DNA of 64,000 nucleotides from the human T2T-CHM13v2.0 reference genome, Homo sapiens. The position numbers and the translations under genes are program-made. Below the pieces are notes generated by a model. It had not been told where the DNA came from, searched no databases, and saw nothing but the letters and a program-made list of their open reading frames with translations. Shown in pieces: positions 14,823 through 34,690 of this stretch (positions are counted from its first letter, which is position 1; the number at the start of each line of letters is the position of its first letter). The DNA lies in the NCBI GenBank assembly GCA_009914755.4, contig CP068257.2:44672001-44736000 (forward strand), read 5' to 3'.

Positions 14823-15002
14823 CTACTTCTTTAGTGGGAGTCTGTGCCACAGCTGTGGCACACAGGTGTCCCTAGTTATTAAATTAGACTTTGTGGTATT
14901 TTCCCCATCAGGATGTTCACACTTCCATGTGGCTAAAGCTATTGATCTTTTCTGTTCTGGCTCCTGAGCTGAGATTTTCTTAAACTCTTTCTGGATGAAA
15001 TC

Positions 15003-15008
15003 TTTATT
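15003..15008 (-). terminator. C21orf58: Candidate C21orf58 polyadenylation signal (AATAAA on the minus strand)
   Basis: Plus-strand tttatt at 15003-15008, about 375 nt downstream on the minus strand of the TGA stop at 15381-15383. An alternative ATTAAA on the minus strand lies at about 13519-13524. Confidence 0.4.
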
Positions 15009-15380
15009 TCATCAGGCTGGTGGCGTCCACGGCCTCAACTTTACCTCCGTGATGGAAGAGGGGGATCTGAGGCTCCCAGGTGGGCCGGCGCCGCCCTACA
15101 GGAAAGGAGGGGTCCCTGGGAGGGGCTGCTGCCCTGGTGGGGTTCACAGGCCCCTCACTGCAGGGGACCCGGAGCAAGGGATGCCCCCTGGAATGGCCCC
15201 GTGACCGGAAAGCGAGCCTGCCCAGCTTCCCCAGGAGGAGCCTGCAGTCCACACTCGCGTAGCCACTCCGGGTGGTGGCAGGGTCTCTCCCTGCTCCCTT
15301 CCATAGTCCCGCCACAGCCCACAGCCCTGAGGAAGCCTGGGGGTGGAGGGTGCCCCGGCCAGGGTCTCTGTGACTCACAC

Positions 15381-15605
<225 letters not shown>

Positions 15606-15785
15606 CTAACTGGGGCTGGATCCCATGTGATAGGCAGGATGGCAGGGTCTAAGCATCCTCCCAGAGGAGGCTCCTCCCCCGCCCCAAATTGTGCAACCCA
15701 TTCCTCATCTGGGCTGGGACTCGATGGGGATGGGAGCTTCACAGCCAGACTGTAGACCTGAGCCAGGAATGCCCTTTCAGAGCTA

Positions 15786-16004
<219 letters not shown>

Positions 16005-16057
16005 CTATTTGTTAAAGTGATAGAGCATTATAGGACCAGAGAACACGTGTGTCTGTA

Positions 16058-16335
16058 CACTGTGCAGGTCCCCGGGGCAGGCTCTGAGTCCGTCTGCACA
16101 CGGTGCGGGTCCCCGGGGCGCGCCCTGAGCCCGTCTGCACACGGTGCGGGTCCCCGGGGCGCGCCCTGAGCCCGTCTGCACACGGTGCGGGTCCCCGGGG
16201 CGCGCCCTGAGCCCGTCTGCACACGGTGCGGGTCCCCGGGGCGCGCCCTGAGCCCGTCTGCACACGGTGCGGGTCCCCGGGGCGCGCCCTGAGCCCGTCT
16301 GTACACGGTGCGGGTCCCCGGGGCGCGCCCTGAGT
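16058..16335. repeat. GC-rich minisatellite, about 6.7 copies of a 41-bp unit (cggtgcgggtccccggggcgcgccctgagcccgtctgcaca), ending directly in a 5'-truncated Alu
   Basis: Measured period of 41 bp (cggtgcggg at 16101 and 16142). The last unit runs into tctctactaaaaatacaaaaattagcc of an Alu at about 16335. Confidence 0.9.
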
Positions 16336-16700
16336 CTCTACTAAAAATACAAAAATTAGCCAGGCGTGGTGGTTCAAGCCTGTAATCCCAGCTCCTTGGG
16401 AGGCTGAGGCAGGAGAATCGCTTGAACTCAAGAGGCAGAGCTTGCGGTGAGCCAAGATCGCGCCACTGTACTCCAGCCTGGGCAACCAGGGCGAAACTCC
16501 GTCTCAAGAAAAAAAAAAAATTAAAACATCTAAGCCAGTTGTAGTGGTGCACGCCTGTAGTCCCAGCTACTCAGGAGGCTGAGGCAGGAGGATCACTTGA
16601 GCCCAGGAGTTCGAGGCTGTAGTGAGCCATGATCATGCCCCTGCACTCTAGCCTGGGTAACAGAGCAAGATACTATCTCCCCAGAAAATAAATAATAAAA
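16334..16700 (+). mobile_element. Alu fragments (16334-16520, 5'-truncated and abutting the 41-bp minisatellite; 16536-16700 partial)
   Basis: tctctactaaaaatacaaaaattagccaggcgtggtgg...gtctcaagaaaaaaaaaa; ccagttgtagtggtgcacgcctgtagtcccagctactcaggaggctgagg... Confidence 0.8.
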
Positions 16701-16910
16701 TATCTGTTCATCTACAGACACCATGAAGAGAGTGAAAAGGCAACCACAAGAAGGATGGAACACTCAAAATGCACATATCAAAAAAGGGCTCATTACAGAA
16801 ATTATAAAGAATCCCTAGAAACCAATAAGGGAGGCAGGCAACCTGAAAGAAAAATGGGCAAATTACTTAAATGGACACTTTACAAAAAAGGATATTCAAG
16901 TAGCCAATAA

Positions 16911-17014
16911 GGCCAGGCACGGTGGCTCATGCCTGTGATGCTCGCACTTTGGGAGACCGAGACAGGAGAAGTCCTTGAGACCAGGAGCTGACACCAGTCA
17001 TAGCAAGACCTCAT

Positions 17015-17022
<8 letters not shown>
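16911..17022 (+). mobile_element. Alu monomer (FLAM-like fragment)
   Basis: ggccaggcacggtggctcatgcctgtgatgctcgcactttgggagaccgagacaggag... Confidence 0.6.
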
Positions 17023-17049
<27 letters not shown>

Positions 17050-17052
17050 ATA

Positions 17053-17104
<52 letters not shown>
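17023..17104. repeat. Compound microsatellite (CA)12 (TA)8 (T)36 between Alu elements
   Basis: Read directly. Confidence 0.9.
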
Positions 17105-17105
<1 letters not shown>

Positions 17106-17664
17106 GAGACAGAGTCTTGCTCTGTCGCCGAGGCTGGAGTGCAGTGGTGCGATCTCGACTCACTGCAAGCTCCGCCTCCTGGGTTCACGCCATTCTCCTG
17201 CCTCAGCCTCCTGAGTAGCTGGGACTACAGGTGCCCGCCACTGCGCCCGGCTAATTTTTTGTATTTTTTGTAGAGATGGGGTTTCACCGTGTTAGCCAGG
17301 ATGGTCTCGATCTCCTGACCTCATGATCCACCTGCCTTGGCTTCCCAAAGTGCTGGTTTTTTTTTTTTTTTTTTTTTTTTGAGACGGAGTCTCACTGTGT
17401 CGCCCAGGCTGGAGTGCAGTGGTGCAATCTTGGCTCACTGCAAGCTCTGCCTCCCAGGTTCATGCCATTCTCCCACCTTAGCCTCCTGAGTAGCTGGGAC
17501 TACAAGCACCCGCCACCACGCCCGGCTAATTTTGTTTTTGTATTTTTAGTAGAGATGGGGTTTCACTGTGTTAGCCAGGATGGTCTGGAACTCCTGACCT
17601 CATGATCTGCCCGCCTCGGCCTCCCAAAGTGATGGGATTACAGGCGTGAGCCACTGCGCCTGCC
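17085..17664 (-). mobile_element. Two Alu elements (17085-17356 and 17357-17664)
   Basis: Alu consensus in minus orientation, each with a 5' poly-T. Confidence 0.85.
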
Positions 17665-17692
17665 CTACACAAAATTTTTCAAATTAGTTGAC

Positions 17693-17832
17693 TGTGCCTG
17701 TAGTCCCAGCTACTTGGGAGGCTGAGGTGGGAGGAGTGCTTGAGCCCAGAAGTTGAGGCTGCAGCGAGGTATGATTGCACCACTGCACTCCAGCCTGGGC
17801 AATGGAGTGAGACCCTGTCTCTTAGAAAAAAA
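17693..17832 (+). mobile_element. Alu right-arm fragment
   Basis: gcctgtagtcccagctacttgggaggctgaggtgggagga...gagaccctgtctcttagaaaaaaaaaa. Confidence 0.75.
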
Positions 17833-17839
17833 AAAACCT

Positions 17840-18966
<1,127 letters not shown>

Positions 18967-18994
18967 TAAATTAACTTTTAAAAAAAGAATCTTG

Positions 18995-19420
<426 letters not shown>

Positions 19421-19561
19421 GACTCATGAGATGGGAATATAATCCTGGATTATCTGGGCAAGCCCAGTGCAATCACAGGGTCCTTAGAAAGTGGTGAGAT
19501 AAAATGACTGTCAATCTAGATTTGAATATGCAGCAAAACTTGCATTTAAAAATAAAGGTAG

Positions 19562-19883
<322 letters not shown>

Positions 19884-19934
19884 TCAGTATCTACTTTCCT
19901 GCAAATGTTTTTTATTTCCATTTATTTATGTATT

Positions 19935-20646
<712 letters not shown>

Positions 20647-20682
20647 TTAACCACTGATTTTAAATGCTGCATTTTCTCTCAT

Positions 20683-20822
20683 ATGGCATACAAGCATAGG
20701 CACACACTCACCCATTCACACACACCCCTACCTCGGTATGCTTTTTAGAACCTATGGCATACAAGCATAGGCACACACACACCCACACACACACCCCTAC
20801 CTCAGTGTGCTTTTTAGCACCT
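20683..20822. repeat. Tandem duplication of a unit of about 62 bp containing (CA)n cores (tatggcatacaagcataggcacacac...ccctacctc.gt.tgctttttag)
   Basis: Two near-identical adjacent copies, read directly. Confidence 0.7.
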
Positions 20823-21296
20823 AACAGACTATCACTAAACTTCATCTGGAAAAATCGACAGGTAATAAGGAAAGACAGGACTACCCTTCTTTATGATGGC
20901 ACAAGCTATGCTCTCTGCCACTCCAGGGGCTCCTCATATGGATCACAATAGGAAAGGTATCCCCTGGATGTGGGTTACATGGCCGTCCTGGGCCAGATCT
21001 GGCTTGGATTGCAATATATGATAGAGCTACAGTAATTAACCAAGTCAGCACAGGGGTTGGGATAGGCAGGTCACTGGGACAGATTTGAGGACAGCTGTCA
21101 GGTGATTCAGCCATTCTACACACGTCTGCCCCTAGACTACCAATTCCATTAGTCATTAGGGCAATGCAAATCAAAGCCACAATCAACCACCACTGCATCC
21201 TGTTAAAATGGATAAAATGAGAAAGACTGACCATACCACATGTTGCCAAGGTTGTAAATAACTAGAACTCACAAACATTACTAGTGAGAATATTAA

Positions 21297-21495
<199 letters not shown>

Positions 21496-21515
21496 TTAAC
21501 TTTTAAGAAACTGCT

Positions 21516-22817
<1,302 letters not shown>

Positions 22818-23049
22818 TCAGTTTCAGATATTCTAAGCAACAGAAAATGGACTAAGACATCCACCAACAGGTGAATGCATAACAAACTGATATATTCACA
22901 CAATGCAATACTACTCAGCAATTAGAAGGAACCATTTATTGATACACCCAACGACAGTGATGAATCTTAAAACAGTCATGCTGAGAGAAGCCATACAAAA
23001 AAAGAGTACATACTGTGTAGACCATTTCTACAAAAATCTAGAAAATGCA

Positions 23050-23350
23050 GGCCAGGCATGGTGGCCCACGCCTATAATCCCAGCACTTTGGGAGGCTGAG
23101 GTGGGTGGATCATGAGGTCAGGAGTTCAAGACCAGCCTGGCCAAGATGGTGAAACCCCGTCTCTATTAAAAATACAAAAAATTAGCAGGGCGTGGTGGCG
23201 GGTACCTGTAATCCCCAGCTACTCCAGAGGCTGAGGCAGAGAATTGCTTAAACCTGGAGGGGCAGAGGTTGCAGTGAGCCGAGATCACGCCACTGCACTC
23301 CAGCCTAGGCGACAGGCAAGACTCTGTCTCAAAAATAAAATAAAATAAAA
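23050..23350 (+). mobile_element. Alu (SINE) with an (AAAAT)n tail
   Basis: ggccaggcatggtggcccacgcctataatcccagcactttgggaggctgaggtgggtgg... Confidence 0.85.
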
Positions 23351-23519
23351 TAAAATAATCTAGAAAATTCAAACTACTACATAGTGACGGAAAGCTGCTC
23401 AGCAGTTGCATGGGGGTGTAGGAGGAGGGATTAAAAAGAAACACGAGGAAACTTTGGAGGTGATGGATATGCTCAGTCTTGATTGTAGTGATATAAGTAT
23501 ATGTTATATGTATATGTTA

Positions 23520-23845
<326 letters not shown>

Positions 23846-23861
23846 AAAACTTGTCAAATTG

Positions 23862-24175
23862 GGCCGGGCACAGTGGCAAACGCCTATAATCCCAGCACTT
23901 TGAGAGGCTGAGGTGGGCGGATCACCTGAGGTTGGGAGTTCAAGACCAGCCTGGCCAAAATGGCGAAAACCCACCTCTACTGAAAATACAAAAATTAGCA
24001 AAGCATGGTGGTGCAGGCCTACAGTTCCAGCCACTTGGGAGGCTGAGGCAGGAGAAGTCGCTTGAACCCAGGAGGCAGAGGTTGCAATGAGCTGAGATCA
24101 TGCCATTGTATTCCAGCCTGGGCAACAAAGTAAGACACTCTCTCTCTCTCTCTCTAAATAAATAAATAAATAAAT
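23862..24175 (+). mobile_element. Alu (SINE) with a (CT)n and (AAAT)n tail
   Basis: gggccgggcacagtggcaaacgcctataatcccagcactttgagaggctgagg... Confidence 0.85.
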
Positions 24176-24207
24176 TTTAAAAATCAAGTATTTAAAAGCT
24201 ATTATTA

Positions 24208-24504
24208 TTATTATTATTTTTGAGACAGAGTCTCACTCTGTCGCCCAGGATGGAGTAAAGTTGTGCATTCTTGGCTCACACTGCAACCTCCGCCTCCCAG
24301 GTTCAAGCAATTTCTCCTGCCTCAGCCTCCCAAGTAGCTGGGATTACAGGCATCCATCACCATGGTGAGCTGGTTTTTGTATTTTTAGTAGAGATGGGGT
24401 TTCACCCTGTGGGCCAGGCTGGTCTCGAACTCTTGACCTCAGGTAATCCACCCGCCTCAGCCTCCCAGTGTTGGGATTACAAGCGTGAGCCACCGAGCCG
24501 GGCC
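24208..24504 (-). mobile_element. Alu (SINE)
   Basis: tttttgagacagagtctcactctgtcgcccaggatggagtaaagttgtgc... gagccaccgagccgggcc. Confidence 0.85.
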
Positions 24505-24743
24505 CTAAAAATTATTTTAAAAGAAGCATCTTAATAATGGTTTTTGAATGGATGATGATTGGATGAGTTGGAATTGGAGCCCAATTATTTTACCTCCTAG
24601 TTATCTTTCTTATACCTCTTGTTTCCTTCCCTGTGAGATATCATTTATATAAGGATTTCTTAAAGTTAAAATTATTTTCATGTTGAACAGCCAAAAGCTG
24701 GCCCTAAGTGACTGTCCTGCTTCCAGGAACATTTTCCCTTTCA

Positions 24744-24902
<159 letters not shown>

Positions 24903-24959
24903 CTAGGAACAGCCAGGTGATTAGCTATCTGCATATGTCCTTGAAGAAAGTGTCTCCAG

Positions 24960-25460
24960 TATCTACCACCCATCCATCCACCCACCCATCCAACCAACCA
25001 ACCAACCAACCATCCACCCATCCATCCAACCAACCAACCAACCAACCAACCATCCACCCATCCATCCAACCAACCATCCACCCACTCATCCATCCACCCA
25101 TCCATCCACCCACCCATCCATCCAACCAGCCAACCAACCATTCATCCACCCACCCATCCACCCATCCAACCAACCACCCACCCATCTATCCACCTACCCA
25201 TCCATCCAACCAGCCAACCATCCAACCAGCCAACCAACCATTCATCCACCCACCCATCCATCCAACCAACCAACCATCCACCCACCCATCCATCCACCCA
25301 CCCACCCACCCATCCATCCACCCATCCACCCATCCACCCACCCATCCATCCACCCATCCACCCATCCACCTACCCAACCAACCAACCAACCAACCACCCA
25401 CCCATCCATCCACCCACCCATCCATCCAACCAGCCAACCATCTACCTACACATCCATTCA
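24960..25460. repeat. Complex tetranucleotide-type repeat (CCAT/CCAA/CCAC/CCAG)n of about 500 bp; G-rich (GGATGG/GGTTGG)n on the minus (C21orf58-transcribed) strand
   Basis: ccatccatccacccacccatccaaccaaccaacc..., read directly. It generates the low-complexity ORFs 24848..25489. A degenerate echo lies at about 25890-25912 inside an Alu. Confidence 0.9.
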
Positions 25461-25657
25461 TCCATCCAAGGAGAACTTTAAATGATTAACCCCAGACACT
25501 GAATAAATGGTTGAATGGAAAGGTACTTCAGTCTAGATATCACTTAGGATGTAGTATTTTTAATGTTTCCCACATTTCCTGTCTTTAGCGGGGTGGGCTG
25601 AGGCCTGGTTCCACCAATTCTGCTTTAATAGGAGCAACCAACACTTGGTATGGTGTT

Positions 25658-26003
<346 letters not shown>

Positions 26004-27469
26004 CTGGTCAGTCTTTTTAATTGTAGCCACTTTAATAGAGATGCAGTGGTGGCTCACAGTGGCTTTAATTTGCATTTCCCTAATGACGGATGGTGTTGAG
26101 CATCTGGGGCAGACCCGTGGGTAGGATGGCCGCATCCCAACAGGCGTTCTCAATTCTGTCCCAGTGACCTCTCTATCCCAGCCCCCATAACAACTTGGTT
26201 AATTACTGTCCTCCATCATATACTGTAGTACATATATAGAACACGTCATGAAAATGAACTTTGGTTTCTCCTCTGAGTGAAAATAAATTATAGCCAAATA
26301 TTCGAGCATGAAAGGCCTTCTGTTTTATCCTCTTCTAGCTGTGTGAGGCTGCCTGGCCTTGTCCCTTCTTCCTCAGTTCACAGAAAGGACGGCAGAGACC
26401 AAGAGTTGGCAAACTTTTGCCAAGAGCTACATCGTAAACAGCTTCCAAAGCAGGACACACCGTCAGCTCTTGAGTTGGCCATTGCAGCATGAAAGCAGCT
26501 ACGGACAATGTGGAAACAAATGGGCCTGGCCCAATAAAACTTTATTTATGAACACTAAAATTAGCATTTCATATAATTTTCATATGTTGCAAAATATTAT
26601 TATTGTATTGGCTTTTCCCCAAACATGTAAAAATGTAAAACCATTCTTGGCTTGCAGGTTGTGTGAGAATAGGAGGCAGGCCAGCTCCGGTCTGAAGCTG
26701 TGGTTTGCCCACCCCTGGCACAGACCCATGAGGCTTTCTTAGAGCTGCCGTGCCCGTCCTGGCTGATGGGACCTCCTACCTCAGGGGCTCTGAGTCCAGC
26801 TGCCAGGAAGCTCATCTTAGTGACCCACAGCCCCTGCTCACCCACCTGGTGTCACTGGGGCTGAGAGTGAAACCTGCAGGCATAACTGGCCCTGATGGAT
26901 ACACAGTAAGCATAGATGTGTTTGGGATGAGGAAGATGGGGGGTCCACAGCAATGACCCCCCGTACTCCCTTCTGTCCTGGGAGGAGGTTCCTGGTGCTG
27001 GAAGACAGGAAGGCACAGGCTGGGAATATCCAGAACCTGGTGAAGGCCACCCATCTGCAGAGGAGGGTCTGGGGCAGGTCCTTCGGAGGCTCCCCTTCCC
27101 TCTGTACCCTCCACCATGTGCTGCTGCCAGGGTCCCCTCCCAAAGGGCAAAAGCCTTCCAGGTCATAGACTCTGCTGCCCTGTCTAGAAATTCCCACCTC
27201 AGCCTCTTCTCTTCCACCTTCCCTGCACCCCAGTCACACGAATCCCACCAAAGCCTTGACCTCCGGGCCCCCAGCTTCCATCCCACCTCTGGGTGCCTGG
27301 TTTCCCTCTGATCCATTTTTTGCTTCAGAAAGTCAGAGTTGTTTTCTGCTGCCTGCCACCCAGAAGGCTGAACAGCTGTAGGAAGCTCTCAGAAGTGGAG
27401 CACTATTTACCTTTAACATTCTGCCCTTGACATTGGGGCCTTAAGCATCTCCTGGGCATGATAAAGTTT

Positions 27470-27727
27470 TTTTTTTTTGTTTTTTTTTTTGAGATGGAGT
27501 CTTGTAATCTCCTCTTTCTGGGCTCAAGCGATTCTCCTGCCTCAGCCTCCTGAGTAGCTGGGACTACAGGCATGCACCACCACGCCCAGCTAATTTTTGT
27601 ATTTTTAGTAGAGACAGGATTTCACCAAGTTGCCCAGGCTGGTCTCAAACTCCTGACCTCAGGTGATCCGCCCGCCTCGGCCTCCCAAAGTGCTGGGAGT
27701 AGAGATGTGAGCCACCGCACCCGGCCA
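27470..27727 (-). mobile_element. Alu (SINE) with an internal deletion
   Basis: ttttttttttgagatggagtcttgtaatctcctctttctgggctcaagcgattctcctgcc... Confidence 0.8.
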
Positions 27728-27932
27728 GTGATAAAGTTCTGAGGAGTTGACACACTTCCCCAAATTCAGGGCCGCCCGCTGAGCTCTCCTGATACTTCTG
27801 CCCCTAATGCAACATTTAAGGCCAGGGCTGGGGTTTGGGAGACAGAGCTGGGCCCCAGCCTTCCTCTGTGATGAGGGGTAAGCAGTCCGGGGAGGCCCAG
27901 GCAGTGCCCAGGCAGGCAGCTGGCCCCCTTCA

Positions 27933-28376
<444 letters not shown>

Positions 28377-28780
28377 TTATGTGCATGAGGGTGGCCTCCT
28401 GAAATTGACCCAAGCGTGTCAGCTAGTTTCCAGTTGTTTTCTTTTTCCAGCCCCAGGGTCTGTTCTCTCTTTCAAGCCAGTTCCAGGCCTACTTTTTTCT
28501 AGGTCTCCCCCTAGAAAAGCGGCCCCACCTCCCCTGCATCTCTGCCACTCGGATGCATCTTTGGTGAGTGCCGTGGGAGCAAACCTCCAGGCATCCCAGA
28601 ATTTCAGGTCCTCCTGGAATTGGGCCCTTACTCAACATTTCCAGTCCTGATGGAAACCTGCACCCAGGCAGGTCTCTAAGCTAACAGTGTCCTTGCTGGG
28701 GCCTGGCCCTGAGAGTCTGGAAAGGTCTTCCCTAATACTCCCCGACCTGGTGCCTTAAGGCTGAGCAGCTATCTCTGCTA

Positions 28781-28918
<138 letters not shown>

Positions 28919-29351
28919 TTACCAAGGAACGCGTAGAGGCTGTCGCTGCAAGCACTCGGACTGGATGGTACTGCACCCATGTCGGAAGGCCCTGCCTCAC
29001 CCACACTCCCAGGATGGGGGAGGCCTGGGAGGATCCTGGTCTTAGGTTATCCCAGATAAAGAGGGACCAGTGTTGGGTAAGGAGGGCAAGGGGCAGCATC
29101 AGGGGAGGGGTAATCCAGGGAACTCAGTGCTGGAGGATGGTCATCTCATTCCTGGAAGGGAGGCTGAAAAGACGCGACCAGGTTCCTCCTGAGTGCATTT
29201 CATACAGAGTGCCCTGGGCTCCAGGAGGTCAAGGGCTCTACAGGGCTGGCTGCAGCCTGACCTTGGCCACCTGGAGCCACCCTCTGGCCCCAAGTGGTCT
29301 AGAGTCTGGTCTGATCCCCAAGTATCTGCACATCCCTCAAGTCTGCCCCCT

Positions 29352-29897
<546 letters not shown>

Positions 29898-30509
29898 TTA
29901 GGCACAGGGGTCCTGCCCCTCACCCAGCATCACACTGGAGAGGGGCCGTTGGGAACCCTAGCCAGCCCTTGGGGGGGTCCCCAAACCCTCTGCCCCAGGC
30001 ACTGGTAGCCATTCTATTCCCTCGCACTGGCTCTGCAGTCAGGGGACCTGGTTTGGGATTTTCTCTCTGTATTTGAGACTGGGCTCTGCCCTTGGCAGCT
30101 GAGCCCCCACAGCTCACAGCTTGCCCCACGTTCCAAAGAACAAGAAATGCTCCTCTGGCCTCCTCAGCTTCTCCCTGGACGTCCCCGGGTAACAGTGAGG
30201 ACAGCAGCTCCTCCCCAACCAATGGACAAGCTCAGGGTCTGGAACCAGAGCAACTGGGTCTGATCTGGGTGCGACCACTGCCAGGGTGAGCAACCTCTCT
30301 GCCTCCATTTTCTCATCTGCAAAATGGGAACAATGAAGGTGCCCCTTTTTGGGGTTTGCAGACTAAAGGTGATAAGGAATGGGGGTGTCTTCAACTCTGA
30401 ATGTAAAGGAAAAGCGTTGAGGACAATCTCGCCGGTACCAGGAGTGGGGGTGATTCCCAGAGTTGCTGTCCCCACCTCCCCCTGGAGGTGGCTCCCCCTG
30501 GAGTGGCTA

Positions 30510-30758
<249 letters not shown>

Positions 30759-31330
30759 TCAAGCCCCTCCGAGGATCTCCCTGAGCTGCCTCTGTAAGCC
30801 TGACCTCTAGCAAATTCATGTGTTCCATCCACAAGTCTAGGGGCGGATGCTCTGAGTGGTCCCTTCAGGCAGATTTCTGAAGAGCAACCCTGGGAGACAC
30901 CTCACTGGTGAGGCCTCCAGGCTTCCCAGCCAGTGCATGCCTAGATCACCCCCCACCTGAACCCTGAGCTGAGCAGCTACCTGCTGGGTGTGTCCAGGGG
31001 TGAGTCCCTCTCATGGCGGCCTGTGGGCCAGGATGCAGGGCTGGCGAAAGGTGGGCAGCAGGTCCCTCAGGCAGCAGGAGAGGGAACAATGCAGGCAGGG
31101 GGTGCAGAGGTGCCCCCAGGCACCGAGGCTCCCCAGACCCTGTGCTCAGTGGCCTGCGAGGACAGGCAGGTCGGTCATGGGCCACCCAGACCCTCAGAGA
31201 ATGTGAAGACTAAGTCTGAGGATGGGTCCGCTGGGCTGCCAGCCCCAGGCCTAGCCCTTGGGGCCCTGCATTCTGCACCTGCAGGGCTGTCTCGAAGAGT
31301 CCCTCCAACGCCACAGCCTGCGAGTTGTTA

Positions 31331-31735
<405 letters not shown>

Positions 31736-32837
31736 TCATCCCCAGGTGTGGCCAGCTGGGCTTCATGGGAAGGCAAAAAAGTGGGCAGCAGCTGAGGCAG
31801 AGGGGCAGAACCCTCAGACCTGGGGGAAGGGCAGTCGTGACCCCCTATGCACCACCAGCCTCAGGACCCAGTCCAGAAGAACCTGTGTGTCAGGGGAGGG
31901 CGCCCCACCTGTGTACTGCCTCCAGGGTGTTAATACCTCCCTCCTAGGGACCCTCAGAGCAAGCAGGGAAGACAGGGTGGGGAGACACTGGGAGGACAGG
32001 GTGAGGAGACTGCCTACCAAGGAGTTCAGGAAATTGCAGGCAGCAGAAGGGGTAGGACAGAGGAGGGGTTGTGACCTGCAGAGGGGCTGGGCTTTAGCAG
32101 GACCAGAGGGGGTGCCCAGGGGATATGTCCCACCTTGGGGCTGGGGGCACTGGGCAGGGAGTCAAGTTTGCAGGAAGCTTCGCAGAGGGTGACGCAAAAC
32201 AGGAGCGTGGTCTGCACTTGGTTGGGCATTAAACTCCACGTTGATGAGTTAGTCAATCCCACTAGCAGGCAGACTGACATGTGGGGGATGTCAGCAGCAG
32301 GGGCCCAGACCTGTGGACCCGAGGGGCAGAGGTCAGCACCCTCCTCGGTGCAGCTAACCCAGGAACTTGCCTCAGTGGCCAAAATTGCTCTCTTGCCCTC
32401 AGTTCTGTAAATGGCCCATGTCCATCAGTATCTATGGTTGTGTGCCTGTCCTGTCTTCCAACCCACATCCATGTAGGGACCCTGAAGCTGGACCAGTGAG
32501 TGATTGGGTGAAGGCTGGCTAGCCCGTAGGAGGTCAGGCTCACAGAGGCAGCTCATGGAGATCCTTGGAGGGGCGCACCTCACTCCTGCTGGCCCTGGAG
32601 GGGCTGGATTACTCCTGACGTAGAGTTCAACTCACCTTACCCTGGAGGCCATCCAACCAGAAATGAAGTCAGCATGAAACCAGGCCTTACCCTCCCTCCA
32701 GATCTGTGGAGGGTGTGGGCTAGGGTCACATGACCTGCCTGGTGCCACACATTCCCAGATGGCAGTCAGGGGTCCTCGCTGGTGCTGCTGGACATGAGCA
32801 GACTCTGGCCCCATGTTTAAGATCCCAGTGCCATTGG

Positions 32838-33751
<914 letters not shown>

Positions 33752-33777
33752 CTGATGCCTTTTAAATTATAAGATAG

Positions 33778-33884
33778 GGCCAGGCAGGCGGAAGTTGCAG
33801 TGAGCCAAGGTGGCACCACTACTGCACTCCATCCTGGGCAACAAGAGTGTAACTCCACCTCAAAAAAAAAAAAAAAAAAAAAAA
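33778..33884 (+). mobile_element. Alu right-arm fragment with a long poly-A
   Basis: ggcggaagttgcagtgagccaaggtggcaccactactgcactccatcctgggcaacaagagtgtaactccacctcaaaaaaaa... Confidence 0.7.
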
Positions 33885-34429
33885 GGGTATCAGGCCAACA
33901 GGGACCAGATGTTTCCTCATCAGTAGATACTGCACCCACCCAGATAAAGACATAAACAAGACACTCTTACTATCAGTCCTTACCAGAGTACTCTATGGCC
34001 ATGAAAAGAGCAGAACACCACCAGGTCAAAGTGGCCGTTTTACAGACAGTCTTGCTGTCACTTGTGAGAAGCCCTCCACATCTGCTGCTGCAGGCTCTGC
34101 CCACATCAGAGATGCTTCCTTGCCAGATTCTCCTTTTCGTTGAACTGGTTAACTTTTTTTCCTCTCCTCTTTCTCTTGATGTGGAATGTTTATAACATTT
34201 ATGCAGTGGTCAAGTATACTATTATGTATGGTTTGTAATACTGACTGACTTAAGGAGAGACTTGAGCCTGTGTGCCCACAGCTGTGACTGCCAAGTGAAT
34301 GGGAAGCACTAAGAATTGCCTCCTCGGGATCTCTAGTAGTATACATAACATGCTCCAGAGGGCATGGATTTGTCAGACTTTTTTTTTAAATAGGGTTTTT
34401 AAGAACAGTTTTAGATTTAGAGTAATTGA

Positions 34430-34690
<261 letters not shown>

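Noticed and set aside
26600-27316. A cluster of minus-strand ORFs (81-154 aa), with an acceptor-like cttactgtgtatccatcag and donor-like CACCAG|gtgggtgag at about 26850-26900
   Set aside because: I considered this as the C21orf58 exon following ...ILPT. The exon that actually continues the reading frame and matches my memory of the protein ([11 protein letters not shown]...) is at 24791-24902. The 26.8-kb candidate gives GQLCLQVSLSAPVTPG in the required phase, which matches nothing I recall of the protein. A cryptic or alternative exon is not excluded, but it is unsupported.
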